Shown in pieces: positions 1-11,814 of a DNA stretch of 64,000 nt. Source of the DNA: Elsinoe ampelina. Its lineage: Eukaryota. Positions within the stretch are counted from its first letter, which is position 1. Each line of letters starts with the position of its first letter. Below the pieces are notes generated by a model that searched no databases, was not told the DNA's origin, and was given only the letters and a program-made list of their open reading frames with translations. Both the position numbers and the translations under genes were made by a program. Location: NCBI GenBank assembly GCA_010093995.1, contig ML992502.1, forward strand, positions 1,233,001 through 1,297,000, written 5' to 3'.

Positions 1-1785
1 CTGGTGTCAATAAGAGAGACATGCAGATGGGCTACAGCAACAACGTGGCCCCACCACGACAGCAGCCTGCTGGATACAATACACCACAATCAAATTCGCC
101 AGCGGGTCACCCGGTGCAACGAAGCAACACCGGTCTCTCGCAGCAAGACTATTTTCGTGAAGAAGAGAGGAAGCAGCAAGAGGCCGATGCTAGGCGGAGA
201 GAAGACGATCTCAGGCGGAGAGAGCAAGAAGAGTACAATGCTTCAATCCCTCAGAAGAAGACTCCTCTGGCTCAGCAAGAGGTAGGAGGCAGCTTTGGCG
301 GTCCCGATCACAGTCCAGGACGATACAATGCGCAGCGACAAGCACCTTCAGCGCCGTCTGGATCGCCTAGAATGCAACAAGGTCAAACGCCGAAGCCGAT
401 GCAAGCACAGCGACAGGCGCCACCTCCACCACAGCAACAAGGCATGAAGAAGATGCCATCACAAGCACAGCTTAACGGCGCCATGGCAGCACAACAAGCA
501 CAACCTCCAGCACAACCACCTGTCAAGAAGTCGACGATGCCGACCGGTATCGAGTACCAGAGCAGAGGTACCAAGCCGACCAAGAATAATCTGCCGGGTG
601 CCATGCCGCAACAGCAACAACAAGCGCTGCCACCTCAACAGCAGCAGCAACAGCAGCAGCAGATCAAGCCACTGAATGTTACGCCCAAGCAAGGTGGCAC
701 GTCACCTGTCATTGACCACGTCAAGAAGGCAGAGATGATGCTTACAGCCAAGCCGACGAAGGAGGAGAAAAAGGAGCAGCGCATGTCAAGCATGACTGAC
801 GCACAAGTCATGGAGCGTCTGCGAGAAGTTGTCTCGAAAGAGCGGCCGCTCGATTCATACAACAAGCAGAAGAAGATCGGTCAAGGTGCTTCTGGGTCAG
901 TCTACGTTGCTCGCATCCGCGAGAGCGCAACATCGCCAATGGCGAGACAACTGCTTCGCGAAAATGGTCCGAGAGCGCAGGTTGCCATCAAGCAGATGGA
1001 CTTGCGCAACCAGCCGAGGAAGGAGCTGATCGTCAACGAGATTATCGTCATGAAGGACAGCAAGCACCCTAACATTGTCAACTTCTTGGATTCCTTCTTG
1101 CAAGAAGAATCGAATGAGTTGTGGGTGGTTATGGAGTTCATGGAGGGAGGTGCTTTGACTGATGTGATTGATAACAACCCGTCGATTGGCGAGGATCAGA
1201 TTGCGACGATCTGCTTGGAGGTAAGCATTGAGAAAGCAGAATATTTCAAGTCGCGTACTAACATGTTCACAGGTCTGCAAGGGTCTCATCCATCTACACG
1301 GCCAACAAATCATTCACCGTGATATCAAATCCGATAACGTCCTCCTCTCCTCCCGCGGCCATGTCAAGATTACCGATTTCGGTTTCTGCGCCAAGCTGAC
1401 CGATAACCGTGCCAAACGCGCCACCATGGTCGGTACACCCTACTGGATGGCCCCCGAAGTGGTCAAGCAGAAGGAGTACGGTAGCAAGGTCGATATTTGG
1501 TCGCTCGGTATCATGGCAATCGAGATGATCGAGTCCGAGCCGCCATACCTCAACGAAGAACCACTGAAGGCTCTATACCTCATCGCCACAAACGGTACTC
1601 CTCGCCTCAAGAAGCCAGAGAAGCTCAGCAAGGAGCTCAAGGCATTCTTGTCCGTATGTCTCTGTGTGGACGTCAAGAGTCGTGCGACAGCGGAGGAGCT
1701 CGCTAGGCATGAGTTCTTGAGACATGGATGCAGTTTGAGTGGTCTGGCAGAGCTGCTCAGATTCAGGAAGCAGAGCACGCATTGA
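1..1785 (+). CDS. CLA4: PAK-family Ser/Thr kinase Cla4, 5' end outside window; intron 1221-1272
   Basis: Kinase motifs [49 protein letters not shown]. The Cla4-type insert follows the Gly loop. Intron GTAAGC..TACTAAC..CAG joins ICLE|VCKGL. Q/P-rich linker upstream. Confidence 0.9.
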
Positions 1786-2504
1786 GAAGCGTGATTCGGA
1801 AATAAATTTGCAAACACGGAGGGACGCGGCGCCGAGCTGAGGCTCAAGTGTACAGGGGAGGATACTTTCTGGACGTTTCAGCGCCTCGAGGGATGGATAC
1901 TTCGACGTCGGCCCAAGATGCATTCCAGAAGCGAGCCCGCAGCATCGACACGGGTCCCCATACAATCTTTTCAAGTTTGGATCACAGCGAGACACCAATT
2001 GGCATGCGCTAGAGGAAAGGAATGGTCAATTGAATGGTGTTTAGGTGCGAGATGGGGAATGGGGGATCGTCACGGCGAATCGCGAGATGGACATCCAGGG
2101 AAGACACGTTTTGAGATAGAGAGCATAATCTAGGATCAGAGGGTCATGAATCAAGTCTTTCATCATGTATTACTTCTGGTTCAGCAAGTGAGAACGTATT
2201 GGTCTGCCTGAAGAAGCGGGAATGAATTGCCGCCAAGTTGTGGCTGCATGGCTTGAGATGTGGGACGATGTCAGACTTTCCCCGGATGTGTCCTTGACCT
2301 TTTCTTTGCTCCACAAGACCCTGCCCTCTCTTTTCAAGCACATGTTCTGGTGAGCGGTACACAGCAGCTACAGGTGTATATAGCTGACGAGCCTTCTCTA
2401 GTGCCACTTGCGATCAACCAAACTCAACCTCACACCCCAATTCCTCTCTCCGCGCAACTCCCAAGCTCCCACTCCACAAATCTACCACCTCTCCCTCCTC
2501 CAAC

Positions 2505-3749
2505 ATGGCCACTCAAAACAGCAGAGTGACCAAGTCCCTCGGGACCGTCCTCATAACAGGAGGCTGCGGCTTTGTAGGCCATAAGCTAGCAAAGCTCCTC
2601 CAAGACAGATCAGCATACACTTCCCTCTCCATCGTCGACCTGCGACCCTCAACCACGCCTCTCGAGAAAGTAGACTACCACTTTGGCGACATCACAGATT
2701 ATGCCGCCATGACGACCATTTTTGAGAAGGTACGACCGCACGTGGTGCTGCATACTGCGTCGCCTCACTTCAACATCAACAACAAGGAGGTCATGTACAA
2801 GGTGAATGTCGAGGGGACGAAGACGCTGCTCAAGGTCGCGCAGGAGACGGGAGTAAAGGCGTTTGTTTACACGAGTAGTTCGAGTGTGGTATCGGATACG
2901 GTGTCGGATTTGGTGAATGCGGATGAGGAGTATCCTTTGCAGATGGGGCCTGATCAGCCAGAGTACTACACCACGACAAAGGTATGCTGTGTCGCTTGTT
3001 GGGCAAGGCTTTGGCTAATGTGATTGTAGGCCATGGCTGAGCAGCTTGTTCTGGAGGCGAACCGCACGCCGTCCGCCCCTCGGTTCTTGACTTGCTCGCT
3101 ACGCCCTGCTGGCATCTTTGGCGAGGGCGACGTGCAGAACCTTCCCAATGCGTTGACGGTACACTACCGTGGTCAGACAGGCTTCCAAGTCGGCGACAAC
3201 AACAATCTCTTCGATTTCACCGAGGTCACAAATGTAGTACACGCGCATCATCTCGCGGCTGCCGCCCTGCTCGCCACAGCAGACCGAGAAGAGCAAGGCC
3301 AATCTCTCCCCATCGACACGGAGAAAGTCGACGGCGAAGCTTTCTTCATCACAAACGATCAGCCGACCTACTTCTTCGATTTCTACCGTATGGTCTGGGG
3401 CGCGGCAGGCTCCACTACCGACCCCAAGAAAGTATGGGTGCTGAACCGGGACTTGGCCATGTTCATCGCCACACTGCTGGAGTGGATCTACTGGATCTTG
3501 CGAAAGGGAACGCCGAACCTGGACAGGCAGAGGGTGAGGTATACATGCATGACGCGGTATTTCGATATCACAAAAGCAAAGTCAAGGCTTGGCTACAGTC
3601 CGATCATTAGCATTGATGAGGGAATTAAGAGGGGAGTCGCAGATGTGATCAGAAGAGGGGCGGTACCGGGAATGGCGGAGGAATTGAAGGGTAAGGTTCC
3701 GGAGAGACTGAGGAAGCAGGTGGAGGAATTGGACAAGAAGAGAAGATAG
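2505..3749 (+). CDS. ERG26: Sterol-4-alpha-carboxylate 3-dehydrogenase (3-beta-HSD family SDR); intron 2982-3029
   Basis: TGGCGFVG Rossmann motif, HTASP, VNVEGT, YTSS, YxxxK (YTTTK|AMAE across the intron), LRPAGIFGEGD, NLFDFT, GEAFFITND. Confidence 0.85.
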
Positions 3750-4358
3750 TCTAGGGCATTCGCAAGAGGGTTGCTGGCCATGAAGATGATTGTATACACA
3801 TTTTAATCCGATGCCTGTTTGTCCTGTGGGAAAAAACGAATGGTCAAGCCAGCACCGATATCCCTGCAATGGCCACGCTGTGCCAAGCCCCAGTCTGAAG
3901 CGTGATGACGGAGGCCCGGCCCAGCTTAATTTGCGGACTGAAGCCACAGCGACGTCCAACCTTGGATTAGACCAGCATCTAGCTCACCCCGATCCCAAAA
4001 GCTCACCACCACTCCCCAAGCAGAGCTACAGCTTCACATCTCCACCGCCTCACCGTCGAGTCTTCGATCTCTCCCACCTTCCACAACCGTTCACCCCATC
4101 CGCCCATTGAGGCCCCGACGTTGCACCCGGCGCGTGTCGCCCTACCCTACCCTCCGCCCGGTGAACAGCTCTCCAATTCTCCAGCGCATCTCAGTCGGCA
4201 ACGCCAAACCGCCGCGACGACGAGCGAATACATCCTCACACGTGCAACGACAGACCGTCCGTCGACGGGGGCATTGAGACGTGACGTTGACGTCTGTGCA
4301 GTGCCGGGGATCGAACTGAGGCCTACCCTCGCGGTTCTGGAGCAGTGCGGACGACATC

Positions 4359-7300
4359 ATGGGGTTTCTCGGCGTCTACCGCGCTATTTACGACTATGCG
4401 CCGCAGGGCGATGGGGAGCTGGAGATCGCAGAGGGGGATTTGTTGTTTGTGCTTGAGAAGAGCACGGATGATGATTGGTGGAGGGCGAAGAAGAAGGCCA
4501 TGAGTGATGAGGAGGATGAGCCGGAGGGGTTGATACCGAATAATTATATTGAGGAGGTGAGATTGTGTTGTGTGAACGAGGGGAAGAGGGTGCTAATTGG
4601 CATAGGCCGCGCCGGTGTACAGGGCCAAGGCTCTTTATGACTATGCGAAGCAGACGGATGAGGAGATTTCGTTTGCGGAAGATGCGGTGCTGGATGTCTA
4701 TGATACGTCGGACGAGGACTGGACGCTGGTTGGGCAGAATGGGGAGTTTGGCTTTGCTCCTGCGATATACATCGAGAAGGCATCAGATGCGGCGGCGTCT
4801 GCACAAGCTGCTCCACCGATGCCTGCGAGGAACCAGACACAGGTACCTACACCGGAGCCGGAAGATGAGAGCCCGCCTGAGAGTCCCGCGAGGAACCCGG
4901 CGAAAGCATTGGCGAGTATTATTGCGCAGAGGACCGGAGACGCACCGCCTGCAGCCCCTTCCATGCCCGCTGCGGGACCTGCGTCACCTCCTTTGCCATC
5001 ACGGTCGCAACCTGCACAGTACACTCCGGAAGAGTCAGAGGATGAAGCGCCAATCCCAAGACTTCCACAGCGGCCTCCGTCCGCGGTCCAATCGCCAGCG
5101 TCGGCGGAATTCTCTGCTCCTCCACCCCCACGAGTCCAAGAGCCGCCTGGCGTTGTGTCTTCCCCTCCTTACAACCGCCAGGTCAGCGACCACTACGATG
5201 AAGACCAACCCGGTCCAGCGGGCGGGTATCATCTTTACAACATCCATGAAATGGTATCTTCTCTAGGGAAGAACAAGAAAATGCCCACCACCCTTGGCAT
5301 CAATCTTGCGCGGGGACTCATCTCCATCGCCCCAGCCAAATCACGAGATGGGCCACAGCAGGAATGGACGGCAGAGCGATTGACGCACTACTCAATCGAA
5401 GGCAAGCATGTCTTCATGGAACTCGTCCGGCCGAGTAAGAGCATTGACTTCCACGCTGGTGCAAAGGACACTGCGCAGGAGATTGTAGCCATGCTCGGTG
5501 AGCTGGCTGGTGCATCAAGAGCCGAAGGGCTTAGGGAGGTCATGGCTGCTAGCTCCGGCGGTTCCGCTGGGCAGAAAAGAGGACACATGCTATACGAGTT
5601 CATGGCGCAGGGTGACGACGAAGTCACCGTCGCTGTGGGAGACGAGATTATCGTTCTAGACGACACGAAAAGCGAAGAATGGTGGATGGTGAGGAGACTG
5701 AAGAACGGGAAGGAGGGAGTCGTGCCGTCTAGCTATGTCGAGGTCACAGGAACGACACCTCAGCCGGAACCTCAGGCATCGAGCTACTCTGGGATCAATG
5801 CCGGGAGGAGCACAGTGGAGCAGAATAGGCTTGAGGAAGAGAGGGCCACAAAGGACGCGGCGAGAAGACATAGGAAGATGCAGAGCGAGGAGTTCGAGGA
5901 TCCGGGTGTAGGTGCGCAACTGCCGGCTCGGCAAAGCAGTCTGGCAAAGGGCGAGAAGAGGCAGCAGAAGAGGAAGAAGGATGAGGCGCCGAAAGCTAGT
6001 AAGTTCAATTCTCAGTTCGTGGAAGAAACGGCACTGACGATGACAGAACCAAATTCCGCGAGAGTAAGGACCTGGACTGATCGATCTGGGGCGTTTAGGG
6101 TCGATGCCGAGTTCTTGGGTCTCAAGGACAACAAGATCCATCTGCACAAGGATAATGGCGTCAAGATCGCTGTACCTGTTAGCAAAATGGCCGTCGAGGA
6201 TCTCGAGTACGTGGAGAAGGTGACTGGCGTTTCGCTCGAGGATGACAAGCCTCTCTCGGACATCAAGCGACGTAACACACTGCGTGACAAGGATCGAGCG
6301 GCGAAGAAGGACACGAACGGGATTTCAACCGGGTCGAAAGAATCGGATTACGACTGGTTCGATTTCTTCCTCGCTTGCAACGTCAATCCGCAGGTTTGCG
6401 AGAGATATGCTCAGAACTTTGCAAAGGATCAGATGGGCGAGGAGATTCTGCCTGATGTCACGCCTGCTTTGCTCAGAACGCTTGGACTCAAAGAGGGCGA
6501 CATCATCCGTGTCATGAAGCATCTGGACACCAAGTTTGGCAGGACGAATGGGACGCCGACGGAGGGCGAAGCATCCGGTGGTCTCTTCTCTGGTCCCAGT
6601 GGTGCACTTAAGAACAACACCCGGAAAGGAAGACCTGCTCCTGCTGTTCAAACGAACGATGTGGTTGACGCAGATGCCTTCAAGGCAAAGACTGGCGAGG
6701 AGGGAGAGAGATCTGCTACACCATCTGCTGCGACCGAGACCCCGCTTGCCCTCGCGCCTGCTCCCAAAGCTGGTTTTGATGATGATGCTTGGTCTGTCAA
6801 GCCCGTGAAGAGCCCAGCTCCTCAAGCAGCGCAAGCACCAAAAGCTCCGTCACCAGCACCCACGCCGGCCTCTGCTGCTCCCCAGTCTGCTAAGCTGACC
6901 GGATCCATGGGCGAGTTGTCGTTGCTGTCACCTGCTCTGGAGCCAACGCCGACGGGTATTGCACCACAGCCCTCTCAACCGGCGACACCTGCTGCTCCTT
7001 CTGCTCCAATGCAGCCTCAAGAGCAGCCCAAGCCAGCGGCGGATCCAGCGTTCTTCGACAAGCTTGGTGCTCCAGCTGCGCAAAACATTCTCAGCCAACC
7101 TACCGGTCGCGCACGCCCAACAGCCCCTGCACTCAACACCACCAATTCCATGATCGCTCCTCCGCCTCGAGCTGCTTCCGCGCCTGGCTTCCCCAACCAG
7201 CAACAGCCTCAATCAGCTTTTGCACCGCCTCAGCCTATGAGTGCTCAACGCACTGGCTTTCAAAACCCGATGATGACCGGCTACCAAGCACCACCCGGGC

Positions 7301-8082
7301 AATCCCTCAGTGCCCTCCAACAACAACAAACCATGATGTCGCCGTATGGGCAGCAGAATGGTCTCCTCCCACAACAAACGGGTTACATGCCCTCGCCACA
7401 GATGCCTGGTTTCTACCAACAACCTCTTCAAATGCAACCCACCGCCTCTCCCTTCGCGGACCCGATCACCCGCCCCTCAACCGGCTTCCAACCCACTCCC
7501 ACAGGCATGACACCCTCCTTCACACCTCAATCCCAATTCGCCTCCCCCAACTCCATGCTCCCGCCAGCCCTCACTCCAATGCGCACAGGCTTCGCCCCCT
7601 CCCCTTCCGCCCCAATACAACAACAGCAGCAGCAAAACGGCTTCCTCCAGCCCCAACAAACAGGCTACCAACCCATGCTCCCGCAACAAACCGGCTTCTC
7701 CCCCTTCGCCAACTCCAGCCCCAGCTTTGTGTCGCAGCAGCAGCAGCAGCAGCAACAGATCCCGCCCCAACAGCTGCCCCCGCAACAGTACATGAACGGC
7801 TCCCCCGCACCGCAACAGGCGCCGATGCAGACCGGCTTCGGGATGGGAGGAGGCGCCGCACCCGCGCCACTGATGCCGCAGAAGACAGGGCCCGCGCCGC
7901 CCGTGAGGTTCGGGACGTCGCCTGGGGGGTTGAAGCCGTTGGTGGCGACGCCGACGGGGAGGAGGGCGAATTTGAGTCAGGCTAGTGAGTATTTCCCCCA
8001 CAGAGGAATGAGTGCAGTGTGTGTGTGAAGGGGGATGTTTGCTGACTTTGGGGTAGCGCCGCAGAATCCTTTTGGGTTTTAG
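4359..8082 (+). CDS. SLA1: Endocytic adaptor Sla1 (3 SH3, SHD1, SHD2/SAM, LxxQxTG repeats); introns 4557-4605, 5999-6046 (in-frame), 7985-8056
   Basis: SH3 motifs AIYDY, ALYDY, MLYEF; SHD1 RTWTDRSGAFRVDAEFLG; YDWFDFFL; repeated PQQTG; the spliced terminal exon gives TPQNPFGF*. Confidence 0.95.
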
Positions 8083-9865
8083 GTGGGGGGGTGGGAGAGA
8101 GGCAGGTGAGGGTGGAGAGGGGAGGGAGGCTGGTGGGGGGGTCGGAGGTGACGGGCGATTGAGGACAATGAGGGTATAGCATGGGAGGACTGGGGACGGG
8201 ATGGAGCGTGGATGAGTGATGGGTCACACCAGGGGAGTTGGCATTCGGAAAGGGGGGGGGGGGGGGCTTCTGAGCAATAGCCGAAAGGAGGTGTGGGTAG
8301 AGAAGGGCCTAGAGATTGGGGCTAGGACGTTGGATGGAGGGGAGCTTCAGTGGTGGTGTAATATCATTGTCGATGAGCAGGATGTACATAGCGCGGATTA
8401 TTTATTGTTCTTTTTCTTGTTCAGCCAGGCGTCTGCCTCGAAGCGCGCCTCCTCAAGCTGACGAATGTCGCCACCGATCAGACTCACATAGTGCGGTGGT
8501 GAGACTCCGCTATGCAATGCCAGTCGTGATTGGGTACTTGATCGAAACACACGAGACAGGATCGGATTTTTCTTCCCGCTGTTCGACATCCACGCAACCG
8601 CCCAACTCAAAGGTCTTTGGGAAAGGATCTCGTTCTCGCCATCGCACGGCAGCGCAGACAGTGGCCGTGTTCGGGTGCTTGGTCTGATGCAAAGAGGGAT
8701 TCGAAAATGTAAACTTATACACTAATCTAGATGCAGCAGGAAAAGTATCAGGGCATAGATTCGGCTTTCAATGAGATGCTGACCGTGTCGAGAGAGATCG
8801 AGAGCGGACGAGGAAGACTTTGGCATGAAGCGCCTGTGATGTGGAAGCCTGAGGAAAGACATTCTGATTGCGCTTCCAATGACGCGGATTGCAAGATCTG
8901 GCATGTCAGGCGTGCAGACAAGCCATCAGACAGTGATCGGAGAGGTGGTGAATAGAACAGTTGTGACATGCATGTTGAGAGGTTGAGGACAGCAAGCTTG
9001 ATTTGTCAACCTTGAAATGCAGCGGTCGGGCACAAGCACATGATCTCATGCGACGACACAATGTTGATGTTGCAACGGAGCTGCATATCCGATCAGACAT
9101 CAGGGATGTAGAGAGGCCTTTTGGATCTACCGGGCAGTAGCCTCCTTGTTAGAGCCACGACACTTCTGACCTTGAAGGTCCGGTGCACCAGACGTCTGCT
9201 CCGACTCAGGTGAGCCGACGGGTCGGTCAAGACGGATCAATGCCTCGCGGCGTGTGATGGGAGACTCGGTTATGTGCGAGATTCATCAGGTCTTGCGGGG
9301 CTAAAGCGAGCGAGGATGGGATCCCCGTGGAAGAGTTCCGTGTTCATCTCCATGTGATTGTCATTCTTACCAGATGTGATTCCTACCAGCTATGAACGTG
9401 ACGTCTTTGCCTGGGTCAAACAAGGCTGGTGAGGTATCGAGTCGATGTCCTGCCTGGTGCGGACCGACAGTAATCTCTTCAGTCGCATGTCCGAACAGAA
9501 GAACATTGATGCAAAGGCAAAATATCACATCGAAGATGAGTTGACAATGAGTGCTGTTGAAGTTGAAAGAAAGTAGGGAGGTGAGAAGAGGTTGTCTTTT
9601 GTGCTCCGATGCCCGGGTCCGTGCACCCGCATCCAACCACAGCCCCTATTCCGCCTCACATTCAATGTATGGATTTGGATCATGGGTGACCAGGAACAGT
9701 CATATACACGCAACAGAGACGCAGTTTATGAATACCATGTGGAGCATGGCACGGACATACGAACACTTGTTCGACTCGGCCTTTCATCCGGCGTGACTAC
9801 ATGCAGTGCTCACCCCTTCTTTCCCACCATCTCCTAATATTTGGCTTCTATTAGTCTCTGACCGC

Positions 9866-11814
9866 TCACGCAGCAGCCCTGACCTCCACCTTGACCTCCT
9901 CTTGCTTCTCCCCAGCCGTGATCGCCACTGTCTCCGCGTCTTGCTCCTTCTGCAGCCTCTGCTTCTCTCCCATAATCGGCTTGCTCTCGTCCCACCGCAC
10001 CTCGCTGAAGTCAGCCCAGATCTGATTTGTCTTGGGCAACAAGGCAATAAAGCTCAGAAGATTGTCCTCGTGCAGCTTGCCTTGCTTCTTGTGCATCTTC
10101 ATGCCTGGACATTGGCGTAGGAGCATCACTGTCATGTAGCGCATCTTCATCCTAGCGAGACTGACGCCGAGACAAGCCTGTCAGTTGTTAGAACCATTCA
10201 ATACGATATGAAGAGCTTGGACGGACGTAAGATCCTGCTCCATAGGCACTTCCGATGGATCTAGCATCAGGGTGCAATTTCGCTCCTGGGAGGAAACGTG
10301 TCGGGTCAAACTTGAGGGGATCCTTCCAGTACACTGGATCGCGGTGCATACTCTGTACACTGTCAGTCATCTGCCGCAGTCACAGGTTACATGTGTCCTA
10401 CCCAGGCCTGTGTACTAGTCGTCACGCCACCAGGAATCCAGTACCCGCCGAGCATGGCACCTTCTGGTGGGCACACTCGAGGTAGCGAGGAGGGAACACC
10501 TGCCCAAAGTCGATTGGCCTCATGGAGACTCGCCTCAAGCAAGGGGCATCTCTCTTCGATCATCTTGTCGTCGAAATCTGGCGGGAGAGCGGCGACTTCT
10601 TCTTCCAACTGCTTCAATAACTCTGGAAGCTCTAATGATTGCCACCAAAAGAAAGCAAGGACAGTAGCAGTTGCCCCGGCGCCAGCGATAAGAAGTGTCA
10701 GAGCCTCAATCTTGATCTGCAAGTCGTCCCACTGCGGCACACCTTTATCCTTCCCAGCGATCTGATCTTGGATGCAACTGGCGAGGATAGTCTTGTGCTT
10801 ATCGGCTGTAGATTCCCTTGCGTGCTTGACTGCCGGGTTGGCACCATCGACGATGAACTCGACTGATCCATAGGCTTCCTGTGTCGAGTTTTAGCAAGAT
10901 ATTCTGACCGTAGTGAACACCGCCTACCTTTATGATTTTGAGTGGCAGCAGCTTCATGATAGGTCTAACCCATGGGAATTCACTCGTCACGCCTCCAAAG
11001 AGCAGAGCCGTGTCGAGAACTCGAATGTGTTCGTTGCGTTTCTCGTTCTCGATCATGCCGAAGGTCTCGCCAAAGACGGTCTTACCGAGGATGTCGGAGC
11101 AGGCAAGACGAGCCCAATCCTGATGCAGGTCAGCAAGGACGTGGAAGGGGTAGGGGATATGTCATACAAGAAGGTCAGTCTCGCCATCGCGTTTGGCGCG
11201 AATGACGACTTTTTCGATGGTTCGTGCACAGAGCTCGCGAACCATGGGGTCGAAGTGGTGACGCAAGTGAGCAACAGTGAAGTTCTTCGCGAGAGCTTTG
11301 CGGCGCTCGCCATGGTCTTTGGGATCCTGAATAAGATTAGCTTTGATGTCTGAATGGTGAAGGTGTGTTTCTTACTCTGGCATGGAAGATTGATGGACGC
11401 GGCAGGAAGTTGACGGCCTCGTACCATGGGTCCTTGATGAACTTTGAAGAGACGTGATGGATCTTCTTGAACGAATCTGCGTCCATGAAGTCCACCTCAG
11501 TAGGAGTTAGTCGTGCAGTCTGGCCATACCTGTCGTGCCAATGTTAGTAAGCCGTTGGGACAGATGCAGCGATGTACTTACTTCCGGTGCAAGCTGTCAA
11601 TATAGAAGTCTCTCTGCCCAATCATGACCTTCCACATGAGTACCTTATGTGTGTAGTTGGTGTACCATGGTCCCGGCACCTTCCTGAGCGGCGAGGTCTG
11701 AGCACGATAGATCTTCTTGAGTATGGTGAAGATCAGCCATCCAGCAACGAGCAGAAGGACCGCCTTCTTAGGCGTGAGAGCCTGCAGCTGCTTGGCCAGG
11801 TCTATACCCGCCAT
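9866..11814 (-). CDS. Cytochrome P450, 7 exons; introns 11530-11581, 11327-11375, 11120-11167, 10879-10927, 10353-10401, 10178-10226
   Basis: N-terminal TM helix then PLRKVPGPW; ExxR (EANR); PxRF (DPTRF); spliced heme motif YGAGSY|ACLG. All six introns are GT..AG and keep the frame. Confidence 0.9.

Noticed and set aside
609..662. CAG/CAA poly-Gln tracts in CLA4 (also in SLA1 at 7620-7760)
   Set aside because: Ordinary low-complexity coding microsatellites.
8400..9800. Short ORFs on both strands between SLA1 and the P450
   Set aside because: Fragmented frames with no family motifs.
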